A DNA stretch of 64,000 bases from Thecamonas trahens ATCC 50062 (Eukaryota; Protista; Apusomonadida), in the NCBI RefSeq assembly GCF_000142905.1, contig NW_013657622.1, forward strand, positions 162,780 through 226,779. The letters run 5' to 3'. The position numbers were made by a program, and so were the translations under genes. The notes beneath the pieces were generated by a model. That model was not told the origin of the DNA, made no database searches, and saw only the letters and a program-made list of their open reading frames with translations. Position 1 is the stretch's first letter; each line of letters begins with the position of its first letter. This document shows positions 46,398-57,745 of the stretch, in pieces.

Positions 46398-46474
46398 GAC
46401 GGGTTGGCTAGTGGACGAGACGATCAACGTTTACGATTGGAGAAAGAAGTGTGCTGCCGCCTGGATGTAAGGAT

Positions 46475-47808
46475 CTACTGGTCCTTGGTCTTGGGCTTCT
46501 TGTACGCATGGCGGTAGAAGTTCCAGAAGAGGAAGTAGAGGGTGACGGCGTAGAGGCCGTTGAGCGCGCCGAGCGAGCGGAACTTGGGGTGGCCAAAGAA
46601 CGTGAGGTACGTGCCCTCACAGATCATGAAGCAGAACTGGAACATCTGCATCTGCGTCAGGTACTTCTTCCACCACGGGCGGTAGCCAAAGGTTGAGCCA
46701 AAGTAGTAGCCATACATCAGGACGTGGATGAACGAGTTGGCGGCCGCAGCGGCGCCAGCAAACGTGCCCGGGTAGATCCGCACGTTGAGGAGCCAGATCC
46801 AGAAAACAGACGCATGATGGTAGACATGCAGGAAGGTGACCTGCGAATACTTCTGCCGGAGCAGCATGATGAACGTGTCGTTGAACTCGAAGATCTTCGA
46901 GATGTAGAAGACCCAGAGCACAGACGCCATCTACAATCACAGCACGACGCGCGCACACACACACACACACACCGCACGAATCCAGTTCACGCGCTAAACA
47001 CCCGTGAGTTCTTGTCAAAGGCGTGCCAAATCCGGCCGACCGCAATGATGGCCCCAACGCCCCGCGGCTCCGCCATCAAAATAGTAAAAAAGCGCCATTT
47101 CGTCCAATGTGGCCACTCACACAGCGGGGGGGGGGGGGGGGGGGGGGGGGGGAAAACAAGTCACTCCCACGGACGACAGCGAACAGCCAAGCTCATCAAA
47201 CTCCTCAAGGAGTTGTATCCTCTGTCTCTCTACCCAAGTGATAACTTTTCCCGAGAAAAAGCGAGTCCGCTTGCTTGTATGAGGTACGGGAAGAACTACC
47301 ACCCCCGCCCCCCCCCCCCCCCTACCTTCGGGCGAGTGGTCGGCAGCTAAAGCCGTCGGCCGGCGGCCGGCCATCCACACGCGTGGCGGTGGCCGAGCAC
47401 GAAAGGGGGGGACGGGGCGAGGGGATAGAGAAGGAAATAGTAGAGATGGGAAGAGGGGAAGCGAGTGAGGCGTACCGGGAGAGACTGAGCATTGCGCTCG
47501 AGCTCGACAAAGAAGCCCTGGGTGATGCCGAGACGCATGATCTCGAGGAACATGTAGAGGGAGACGGCAAACATGGCAAAGTTGTGGACGAGGCGGTAGT
47601 AGTAGAGCTCAAAGGGAGCCGACTTGAGGGGCATGGCCAGGCGAAGGACAAGGGTGATGACCAGGTACGCCGCAGCCACAATAGTGCCAAACGAGTACTC
47701 CATACCATACCAATCCGCAACACGCTCATCCGCAGGATGGAACGGCAGGTCGCGGAGCTCGCCAGGGAGCGTCACCAGCTTCTCCACAACCCAAGAAGAG
47801 CCAGACAT
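46475..47808 (-). CDS. ELO/GNS1/SUR4 fatty acid elongase (~262 aa); intron 46931-47475
   Basis: Motifs VHNFAMFAVSLYM, FYISKIFEFNDT, QVTFLHVYHH, NSFIHVLMYGYY and WWKKYLTQMQMFQF. Terminal Lys-rich tail. Phase-0 GTACGC..TGTAG intron. Confidence 0.95.
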
Positions 47809-47856
47809 AGTTTGGTTAATTGAGTCAGGTGGTGCCAGTTGACCATTAATCGATGG

Positions 47857-50490
47857 TTGCCGCCACTGGTTGCCGCCACTGCTACGAGTCGCTAACGCTC
47901 GCGGCCGGCTGAGCGAAGCGAAGCAAAGCAGCTGACACCTTACTTCGCTAAGAGCTCCGATGGCGTCGACACAGTCGGCTCCGACGGAGCGGGAACCCAC
48001 CCGCCCACCCTTTTGATGACGATGCGCTACGACGACGACGACGGGCGCCATCTGGGCGCCCAATTCTTGCCTTGATATCGTGTGTACGCGAGCTATCGAG
48101 CTATCGATGGGCGCTCAAGTACACGCGGATCACCGTGCCAATTGGCACGATGTGCTGGCAAAGATGGTCAGCACAGGAAATGCGAGGAAATCTCAAGCCG
48201 TCGAGCCAGCGGAGCGACTGCTCGGCCGGCAACCGAGAGTGTTGGCATTCCATCACACCCGGTGTGCCGCGGGCACGGCCGCCGCAGCCATGTCCAGCTA
48301 TCGGTCCGTCGGGGCCAGTGTGGACTAGTTGTGGTACCTTACAGAAGGTAAGGCGGTATGTTTGGTTGGATCATGTGGTCGCATCTGGGAGTTGGCCCTT
48401 CATCGAGTGGGATTGCTGGTACGCCGCTGGCTGGGCAGCCCATCGTGGCGTCAGCTATCGGCGGTCGTGGACAAGCCGATGTACCTGCTGGGAGCTGTAT
48501 ATGGTTGATCCACTACGTTTTGCCGAGTCTACGGGATCTGGGGGGCTATCGTCGATTGAACCTCGTCAGCTGGGATTGCTGGCAAGGATTACCGCCAGCT
48601 ACGCCGCCATCAGCAACCACCGACAGCCATTGGCCAGCTTGGGCAGCTAATGCATGTTCCGAGTCCTCGACATGGTTCGTCGACTCGACTCAGTCGACTT
48701 TCGGTGGCTTGGCCGATCTACTGGAATTAAAGCACTGTGTGTGTGCCGACACCCCAGGGAGCACAATCTTCACGTTGGCCATATTTGGAATCGCCAAAAT
48801 GCCCGATCAGTCGTCGCGCCACTTTGTCAGAGGGCATGTCTTGTGGGCATCCATGTGTGGTGGCTTTGCGATATCAATCAGACACTTTGTACGAGCCATA
48901 TATCCACGTACAAAGGGTTACGTATACCATCTGGCGTGTTCTGTACCATGAATTGCGCCTATAAGCCCGTTGTACCTTCGGCCGATGCTGATCACACCGA
49001 GTTGTCATGCAGAACGTGCGTAGTAGCGTGAACTGGATGATATCTTCAGCGGTGACGGCCATTGCGGGCGCAGGCAGTCAAGGTCGTGGCCATGGCATTG
49101 AACCGGGCAGCGGCGCGAGCAAAGATGTGCGTCGGACCGCGGATCGTGGACGATACCTCGCCGGTGACCGCGCGAGACCCCATCCCCACCCACCTGCATC
49201 CGCAACGGCCGTACCAGCCGACGTAGCGGCCACATCGCTCGAGTTTGAAACCATAGCCAGCGAGCGGTTGCGAGCTGCTGACCCTCAGCACAAAGTCCGT
49301 GCCGCCAGAGTCGGCAAAGAGCACCACGACGCCGTGGACCTCAACCCGAACGGTGGTGCCGGCCGAGCTGACGCACACGGCATCATGATCAATAGAGAGC
49401 TTGCCTGAAGGCATGGCCACATTGATGTTCTACCATCTGGGCCTCACAAGCCCATCGCCCGGGTTGCCGAAAGGCCTCCAACAGGGAGGCGACTGTGACG
49501 TTTCCGGGACCAAACTGCCTGTCTTCTGTTGCTATCGATTTAGTGCGAGTGCGGGCGCCGGACGTTGCGCGTTGACAGTGCGCCACGCCCAGCTCTGCTG
49601 CCCTTGCCACACCCTGTCAAACCTCCACTCGTCTTTCCCGTCCTCTCTGCGGATGCTTGTTGTGGTGGGCGGGAAAGCCGGATCGGGGGTGCTGAACGGC
49701 GGCTGCCTTGGCGAGCGGGAGCCGATGGCCGCGGAACTACTTAATCTCGGAATCGCAGCGGTGGGAGGTCGAATACCACAGGATCAGGCTCCCAATCCAT
49801 GGGCATCACCCCATCGTACGTCTCCGGGTCGTAGTTACGGTCGTGCGCTCCGTGGCCGGCCGGGGCGGCCTCCTGCGCGATTCGGGTCGTCGCAGGCTCC
49901 GACCGTCCAAGACCGAACGCGCTGCTTGCGCGCCAGCCGGCGATTGGAACCGTTGCAGTCTCCAGGGGGTGGATCTGAGCCATAGTCACAGACTCAGAGA
50001 AAGAGCTTACCTGCTCGTTGCGGCCCAGCCCTGCCTTGAATGCGTCCTCGTTTTGTCAAGGCGGCAAAAAACGTTTACACCCTTGCGCCTGCCCACCCAA
50101 GTCGCATTCTTTCGAACGTTCGTCTCCTGCCACACTCGCGAGTCGCACAGCTGCGGCCTTCCAATCACTGCAGCTCCGCATGGACACGCAAATGCGGTGG
50201 TTGGATAATCTGGCAAGAGCATCGCTGGGTGCTTGAACTTCTTGCCGTACGCTAGCTTGCCGGATGGATGGAGTGAGCTTGTGCGGTTGGAAAAAATGGG
50301 GATGGCCAAGCCAGCAGCCGTTACAGTCACAGAACTTCGCAGCTGGTACGGCTCACGACCTGCTTACACCAGTTGTAACCCACGCTCTGCATTTGCACTA
50401 CACCGTACTTGACCAAGCACACACACGAGCCCATGTAAGCTACCTTGGCGCCGACATCAGTTGTTCCCTGCCGACCCGAGATGGCTAAAA
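47857..50490. other. Dispersed repeat copy 2 (47857-48236) running into ~2.2 kb of lower-GC, ORF-fragmented DNA (decayed gene or mobile element)
   Basis: Homology to 34396-34712. No long ORF with host-like codon usage in either direction. Confidence 0.45.
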
Positions 50491-50734
50491 ATATTCATTC
50501 TGCCGACGTCAAACACGCCTTTTCGTTCTCTTCCGGCACCATCCCCCCTCCCCCCCTCCCCCACCCAGACGACTACTCCCATCAACCCCCCTTCACATCC
50601 CAGCAGCCTTCGAGTACCCCGTGATCCAGCGTAAACCTCCCAATCACCCCCAAGTCAACCTGTTTACTCACGCCCGTTTTCGGTAGCTAAAAATTGTCGT
50701 TGTTCCTCGCCGAAACCACCGCAGAGTCTGCTCA

Positions 50735-52528
50735 ATGACGGCATTTCTCTCAGAACCCACGCCGGCGGTCATGGCGAGCAGCGAGGCGAGCGGAAGCAGC
50801 CACGAGAGCGGGAAAAAGTCTGACAACAAGCATAGTGAGGTTGTGGTGCTTGACGGGACTGACTGTGAATATGATAGCGTAGGTGATGCGAGCAGCAGAG
50901 GCCATGGCGTGAGAGCAACGAGGGACGGTTGTCCGGGTGGCGGCGACGGCCAAGTCGGCGACGATGGCAATGGCTCGGCGGGCAGGAGGCCGAGTCACAG
51001 ACCTCGACTGGGGCGGACCAGGCAGGCTACGCTCAGGACCAAGAAGAGTCGATCCAAGCCGCGGCCTGTCTCGGCCATGTACGCGCTTGACATCGATGTG
51101 ACGGCATCGGGCGATTCGGATGGCGATGCAGGCGCTGGGCGGGTGGTTGGTGCCGAAGACGTGGAGTTGGCCGAGATGACAAGCGGCAGTACCGGCGGAG
51201 GAGAACAAGGCGCAGCGTGGTCGCCAGAAAAGTCAGGTGCCGGCATGGCAAGCCCGCAAAGCGGATCAAGTCCGAGCCGGACCGACGAGCTGCGGCGGGC
51301 GCGGGCGCGGGCAGACTCGGAGGCGATCCGGACCATGCTGGCGGCGGTGGATGTGCAGAGCGGCGGAAGCCACCACTTTATGGAGATGACGACATCCTCG
51401 CTGCTCAATGCCGCGGCCGAGGAAGGACATATCCCGCACTACGACTCGGTACAGAGTCTCCGCGGGAGGTACACGCCTGTGGTGATCATGCACTGGCTCA
51501 CCCGGCTGCTGGGCTTGACTCGAATCGGAGCGTGGGAACGGGCGGTTGGCATGGTCATCTTTGTTGTGGGCATGGTACTTTTCGGCGCGCAGGCGTACTC
51601 GCTCTTTACCAACTTTACGGATCTCAAGCACGGTTCGGTGGTCATCATCGCCGCATGCTGGACGCTGTACAACATGGTCTCACTGGCTACCTTTATCTTT
51701 CGCTTCGGCAATGTTCACGCTGGCTGGCTCTTCTCGACGTGGAAAGCGGCGTGGAAGACCGAGACCGACCTGGCCAAGTCTTCCTGGCTTCTCACTATCT
51801 TTCTCGGCCTCCTCGCGGTTACTGTCGGCTCCAACGCCATTATCACTATTGTGGCACGGTGGTCCAACCTCTCCCCAAGCGCGCAGCAGGTCTTTCGTGA
51901 GATGTTTGTCTTTGATTCGGACGCCATCCAGATCCTGCTTACCATCGACCATCTGGTGGCGACGGCGGTCTTCATCCTCCCTATCGCACTCTTCGTCGAC
52001 GTCATGCAGACGCTGACCCGGCGGATCGAACGGCTCCACTACTCGGCCATTGTTGTTGGGCGGACGCTGCCCGAGCTGACGATGGATCTCAAGGACCTCG
52101 CGCAGTCGTTTGACACCGTCAACGCGGCGTTTGGCCCGTGGCTTGGCGCCGTCTTTGCTATCGAGCTCCCGCTAATTGTCTTTTGCCTCGTCTCGCTCCT
52201 CGACTACGCCTCGCTCGACGGCCTCACCATCTTCATCCTTGTCATCTGGGCTCTGATGAACATGGTTGTTGCTGCTGTTGTCGCCCTCCCTTCTGCGCGC
52301 GCCCACTCGCTCATCCACAAGCTCGAGGCCGCCATCGCCCTGCACCTCGACGCCGACTCGACGCTCGTCGAGCGCTCCGACTATGTCTTCCTCGTCACCA
52401 CGCTCAACGCTCACAATATGGGCATCAAGATTGCAGGCGCCACCAACATCACGTTCACCCTCATGTCACAGGCCGTCTCATTCATCGGCTCGTTCTACCT
52501 CTTGCTTGTTGGCTTCCGCACTAGCTGA
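50735..52528 (+). CDS. Gustatory-receptor-like (GRL / 7TM ion channel superfamily) protein
   Basis: Long disordered N-terminus with no signal peptide, then LTRLLGL and ~7 hydrophobic helices. FDTVNAAFGPWL before TM5. C-terminus GIKIAGATNITFTLMSQAVSFIGSFYLLLVGF resembles the GR TM7 pattern (fxaxGxfxi..TYhhhhhQF). Confidence 0.75.
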   Translation: MTAFLSEPTPAVMASSEASGSSHESGKKSDNKHSEVVVLDGTDCEYDSVGDASSRGHGVRATRDGCPGGGDGQVGDDGNGSAGRRPSHRPRLGRTRQATLRTKKSRSKPRPVSAMYALDIDVTASGDSDGDAGAGRVVGAEDVELAEMTSGSTGGGEQGAAWSPEKSGAGMASPQSGSSPSRTDELRRARARADSEAIRTMLAAVDVQSGGSHHFMEMTTSSLLNAAAEEGHIPHYDSVQSLRGRYTPVVIMHWLTRLLGLTRIGAWERAVGMVIFVVGMVLFGAQAYSLFTNFTDLKHGSVVIIAACWTLYNMVSLATFIFRFGNVHAGWLFSTWKAAWKTETDLAKSSWLLTIFLGLLAVTVGSNAIITIVARWSNLSPSAQQVFREMFVFDSDAIQILLTIDHLVATAVFILPIALFVDVMQTLTRRIERLHYSAIVVGRTLPELTMDLKDLAQSFDTVNAAFGPWLGAVFAIELPLIVFCLVSLLDYASLDGLTIFILVIWALMNMVVAAVVALPSARAHSLIHKLEAAIALHLDADSTLVERSDYVFLVTTLNAHNMGIKIAGATNITFTLMSQAVSFIGSFYLLLVGFRTS

Positions 52529-52690
52529 GGCTCTTGGCCGCCACACTCGCACACTAATTGAATGTCGATGCACACACGCGTGTCTTTAGGCAAAGTTGCT
52601 CGATGTATACAATCAGGGGCTCGAGCGGAGGTGACAGGCGGATGCAAGATATGTGCAAGGTGGGTGGCGATGGACAATGGCGACGAGGGA

Positions 52691-55224
52691 TCAGACAAGC
52701 TCCATGGCCGTACCGGTGCCGGCATCGGTGGCAGGCTTGGACGACTCACGTTGCGTCCCACCGCAGGACCCGCCACGCCGCTTCTTGACAACGATGGTGG
52801 CAGCAACGGCGACCGTGGCGACGAGGCCGACAGCGGCAGCGGCACCGATGAATGTCTGGGACTTGAACATGCCATCGTCCGAGCTAGGCGAGATGTTGGT
52901 CTGCCCAGCAGTGGCCGAGGCTGGCGGCGGCGGTGAGGCGGAAGTCGGGCTCGGCGGCGGCGGACCAGCAACCGGAGCTGGGCTTGGCGGCGGTGGCGGC
53001 GGCGGCGTGGCGCCATCGGATGCGGAGCAGCGCTGATGGGCGGTGATGCCCGAGTCGAGCGAGACTCCGACAACGTCGAGGTCGCCATCAGAATCAAGGT
53101 CGGCAGCGATGGCCTGGCGGAGGCGGAAGGTGGCAGACGAGACAACGTGCTTTGAGCCGGCAAAAACGCCCGGGCTGGCGGCCTCGTACCACGTCATCTC
53201 GTCGTTGGCGGCTGTGGCGAGCAGGAGGTCAAGATCGCCGTCTCCATCCATGTCGACTGGCTCAACCGAGTAGACTCCCGGCGCAGAGGCGGTGACCTCG
53301 TTGACCATCCACGAGCTGGCGTTGTTGGTGTTGGCGAGCCAAACGACGCGGTTGTTGGCCCTGCCGGCGACGACGAGGTCGATATCGCCGTCGTCGTCGA
53401 CGTCTGCGGTGGTGATGGAGACAGCGGTGGTGAGGTCGGACGAGGTGATGAGCTGCGGAGGGCTGAACGCACCCATGCCGTCGAGCGCAGCGAGCCACGC
53501 GACCGAGTCACCGTATGCAACAGCAAGGTCGATCTTGCTGTCGCCGTTGAAGTCTGCAGCAGCAACCGAGTCCGGGTTGGCAAGCGCGGCTGAGATGACC
53601 TGCTCGCCGGCAAAGACGCCACTGCCTGCGTTGGGATACCACACAAGGCTGTTGCCATTGGCTGTGGCGACAATGTCGGGCGTACCGTTGGCATCGATGT
53701 CGACAGCCTGCACCGAAGTGACCGAGGCTGTCGACGTGTTGACCGTGTTTGCGACCCATCCCGCAGCGGCGTTGTTCTGATGCCACGCAATGTCGGTCTC
53801 GCTGGCGAGGACCAGATCGACGTCATTGTCGCTGTCGATGTCTGCTGCAGCGAGGGCACGCGGAAGCACGAGCGTGTCGGCAAAGGCAAAGCCGCTGGGG
53901 AAGGATCCGTCACCGTCGTTGGGAACCAAGCGTTGTTGTCAAAGCCGGCGTAGGCGATGTCGTTGTCGCCATCGCCATCAATGTCAGCAACGACGGCACG
54001 AACGGGTGTCGGCTCGATGACGACCTCCTGTGGACCGTAGGCGACGGCCGGCGGGCTCCCACCGTAGTTCTGCACCCAGACCACCCGATCGTCGCTATCA
54101 AGGCCAAGAACTATGTCGACGCGAGTGTCGTTGTTGACGTCAGCAATGACAATCGGGCCGCCACCATTGGTGGCAGCCGAGACGAGGCGGTGCGCCCAGG
54201 CGGTGCCGGCACCGGCGTTCTTGTGAAAGTAGGCAACGTAGCGACCAGAGGAGACAAAGTCGACAAGGCCGTCGCCATCGATGTCTTCGGCGACGACAAA
54301 CTCAACGTCTTGAATGTTGGCAACGTCGAGGCGAGCGCCAAAGCTGGCGCCGGTGTCGATGTTGGGGTACCAGGCGACGATGTTGTCGCTGTAGAGGGCG
54401 ACGACAACGTCGAGATCTCCGTCGTTGTCAACGTCCGCGATGGCAACCGAGGAGGCGTCCAAGCCGGCCGAGCCAATGTCGAGGAAGGACCACGAGCTGG
54501 CGTCGCCAGCGACGTTGCGAATCCACACGACCTCGGAGGGGGCGACCGAGCCGACGGCGGCGATGATGTCTGTGGCGCCATCAGAGTTGATGTCTGCAAG
54601 GGCGAGGGCATTGATGCTGTCGCCAAGATCAGTGACCTCAGACGATGCCCAGTTTGTGCCGTCGGCGTTGGTGTTGTTGAACAGAAGGATGTTGCCGAGG
54701 TCGAGGCCGACGACCAGGTCGATGTCGCCGTCGGCGTCCATGTCTGCGGCGGCGATGGAGATCGCACTGCGGGTGCCCGAGCTCACGGTGACCTTTGTCC
54801 ACGAGCTGCCGTCCCGAGCAGCGTTGGCGTAGAACACCACTTCATCGGGCCCGGAGCCCGAGTTGATCGCGAGCGCCACGTCGTCAGCGCCGTCACCGTC
54901 AAAGTCGCCGACAGCAACATCCTTGGCCACAATGTTGAGCACGATTGAGCTCTGCGCATACGAGCCATCAGGCTGCTGCATGAGGAGATGGGCAGAGAAA
55001 AAAGTGCCACCGAGGACGACAAAGTCGGGCCGTCCGTCGTTGTTAAAGTCGCCCTTTGCCATGGCGGTGATACCGTCATACTCGGCGATGAGCGAGCCTC
55101 CGTTGCCCACAAACGGAGCACAGGCGGACAAGCCATCCACCGAGACGGCTGCATGAAGAGTAACAAGAGCCACCAGCACAAGCGACCTAGCCCACATCCA
55201 TAGCATGCCTGTTGTCATACCCAT
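52691..55224 (-). CDS. FG-GAP/VCBS repeat cell-surface protein (two propellers, Pro-rich stalk, single TM); frameshift near 53925
   Basis: Signal peptide and ~14 DxDxDGxxDxV repeats, then a PPPPSP stalk, TM IGAAAAVGLVATVAVAATIVV and KKRR. Confidence 0.88.
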
Positions 55225-55964
55225 ATGAGTCTCCTCTACCGCACCACTCTCATCTATTTTTCAATTCAGCACAATATTTAGAGTTCCAAGCCGAAAAAAA
55301 ACTCGGCGCGTGGGTAGCCAGCCTCGGCGTGGGTCACACCGCCCAAAGCGGGCAGAGGGCATAGCGGAAGAAATAAGACCGGAAAAGACCAGTTTACATG
55401 CTGACAAGAGAGAGGAGGTGTAGATGTAGTAGTGGTGCATGTTTAGACGGTGTGGCATGTGGTGGACGTGGGCTAGAGTAAGCGGGGGGAGGGGGAGGGG
55501 GGGGAGGGGGGGGGGAGGAGGGAGGGAGGGACGGTACGGNNNNNNNNNNNNNNNNNNNNNNNNNNNNNNNNNNNNNNNNNNNNNNNNNNNNNNNNNNNNN
55601 NNNNNNNNNNNNNNNNNNNNNNNNNNNNNNNNNNNNNNNCCCCCCCCCCCCCCCCCTTACGATAGAGAAGGGGAGGAGGGATATGCGGGCATGTAGAGGT
55701 GCAAATGAGGACAAGTACGTACGGAAGGTGTCCTTGGCTGTATGTACGGAAAGATGCCAAGTGCTTTGACCTGTGTTTTGCTGCCCTATTTGCCAGAAGA
55801 GTGCCTGTGCGGACGAGTGTGGAGAGAGGTTTGCCTGCTGTGTACCGGGTGGGGTGATTTGGGCAGTCGTCAGCCGTTGCCTTCCCTCAGCGCTTTGATG
55901 AGTGCGACATGTGTGAGCGATGGTTTGTGTATGGTTGTGTATGGTTGTGTATGGTTGTGTATGT

Positions 55965-56032
<68 letters not shown>

Positions 56033-56263
56033 GTGTGTGTGTGTGTGTGTGTGTGATCGTTATGTAGGATGGCTATGTCCTGGCTATGTCCTGGCTATGT
56101 CCTGGCTATACAATGCCCGTACAATGGCTATGTCCCCCCATGGCAATGACTCCGACCCCCCTCCCTCCCCCCCCTCCCCCCCTCCTCCCCCTCCTCCCCC
56201 TCCCCTTTCGTCTACCGGGTTCCCTCGACGACCCGCCAGACCTGACTCTGGGGGAGCGGGGCC

Positions 56264-57716
56264 ATGAGCAATGTACGCCCACCCTCCGCCCCTGTTCTTC
56301 CCTGTTCCGCTGGGAATACCTCCGTCAAAATCATTCCCCTAATGAAGCGCGGGGGGAATAANNNNNNNNNNNNNNNNNNNNNNNNNNNNNNNNNNNNNNN
56401 NNNNNNNNNNNNNNNNNNNNNNNNNNNNNNNNNNNNNNNNNNNNNNNNNNNNNNNNNNNNNCCCTCACCTATACTCACTCACAATATGCTTTCCTATGTA
56501 CATACGTGTGTGAATATATGTGTGTGTGTGTCTATGTGTGTGTCTGCTTGTGGTGGTAGTCGGACAAGCTGCACCCCTTCCTCAAGGACTGCCTCAAGGT
56601 TGGCTGTCTCAAGGTACGTACAGAGGGAGAGGCAGAGGGAGAGGGAGAGGGAGAGGGAGAGGGAGAGGCAGATGGAGAGGCAGAGGCAGATGGAGAGGCA
56701 GAGGCGGTGGTGTGGGTATGGGTATGGGTATCGGAATCGGCATCGGCATCGGCATCGGCATCGGCATCGGCATCGGTATCAGTATTAGTATCGGCATCAG
56801 TATCGGCATCGGCATCGGCATCGGCATCGGTATCAGTATTAGTATCGGCATCAGTATCGGCATCGGCATCGGCATCGGCATCGGTATCAGTATTAGTATC
56901 GGCATCAGTATCGGCATCGGCATCGGTATCGGTATCAGTATTTGTATCGGCATCGGCATTGGCATCGGCATCGGCATCGGTATCGGTGTCGGCACCACCT
57001 CCGTCACCACCCACTAGGGCGTACATGTCGGTAGCAAGCCCACCTTCACTCACATCTCTCTCTCTCTCTTTCCTCAGGGATTCAAGCACTTCTCGCTCTA
57101 CCTCCGCGGCCGTGAGGAGCTGGTGGTTACGGTCCAGAACGGCAACGAGCCGCACAACACGGCAGCTGGCACGCCGGCGGCGTCGCTGGCACGGACTGAC
57201 TCGGGCAACATCCTCGACATGCCACCGGCGTCACCGCTGCCGTCGACACCAGGCTCAGCGCTCGGCAAGCCGGTCACCGTCTATCTCATCGGCGGCTATG
57301 CGCGGTACAAGTGCCCGTTTGTCTGGCTCCGCTCGCCATCGCAGCGTCTGGTCTCGTCCGACATGGAGTCGCCGCTCAAGCTCTCCACAACCGACCGCTG
57401 GCCCAAGGCGCCGTCGAGCGTCAAGGTGTGGGACATCATTGCCGAGCTCGTGGACATGACCACCCGCCCGGTCCCGGTCAACCCGTTTGAGATCGACGAG
57501 GAGTACTTTCTTTCGCTCGACCCCTTTGACCGCTGCCTCGCCACCGCCGCCTCGGTCAACTTTCTCCGCAAGCTCTTCATTGCCAACTACGTCTTTGCCG
57601 ACGCTGTCCTCGAGGACCTGCGCGTACTGCTCCAGTGGCACTTTGAGGATGTGCCGGCTGTCATCCCGGTCAGAGCTCGGACCGACGCCGACGATGCCGA
57701 AGCCGACACGCCGTAG
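56264..57716 (+). CDS. Conserved-looking uncharacterised protein; exons 56264-56272 (tentative), 56560-56613 and 57078-57716
   Basis: Phase-0 splices give MSN/SDKLHPFLKDCLKVGCLK/GFKHFSLYLRGREELV...YLIGGYARYKCPFVWLRS..VWDIIAELV..NPF, with strong coding codon bias. Confidence 0.65.
56715..56995. repeat. Intronic hexamer microsatellite (GGCATC/AGTATC)n with higher-order periodicity
   Basis: Lies wholly inside intron 56614-57077. Confidence 0.9.
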
Positions 57717-57745
57717 CGTTGCGCTCTTCCCTTTCAATACACTCC

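Noticed and set aside
340-53935. Programmed ribosomal frameshifting or RNA editing to explain frameshifts at ~348, 14815, 24600, 30715, 32380, 44656 and 53925
   Set aside because: The sites I could resolve are single missing bases, mostly in short homopolymers (ttccc[c]aac, tttt[t]c, agc[c]tt, cgg[g]ca), with no shared slippery motif. This is typical of draft-assembly undercalls. Comparing raw reads with cDNA would settle it.
52691-55224. Integrin alpha
   Set aside because: No thigh/calf region or GFFKR motif, and it has two propellers and a Pro stalk.
56520-57459. GI-, AD-, PM- and AS-repeat ORFs
   Set aside because: Translations of an intronic hexamer microsatellite.
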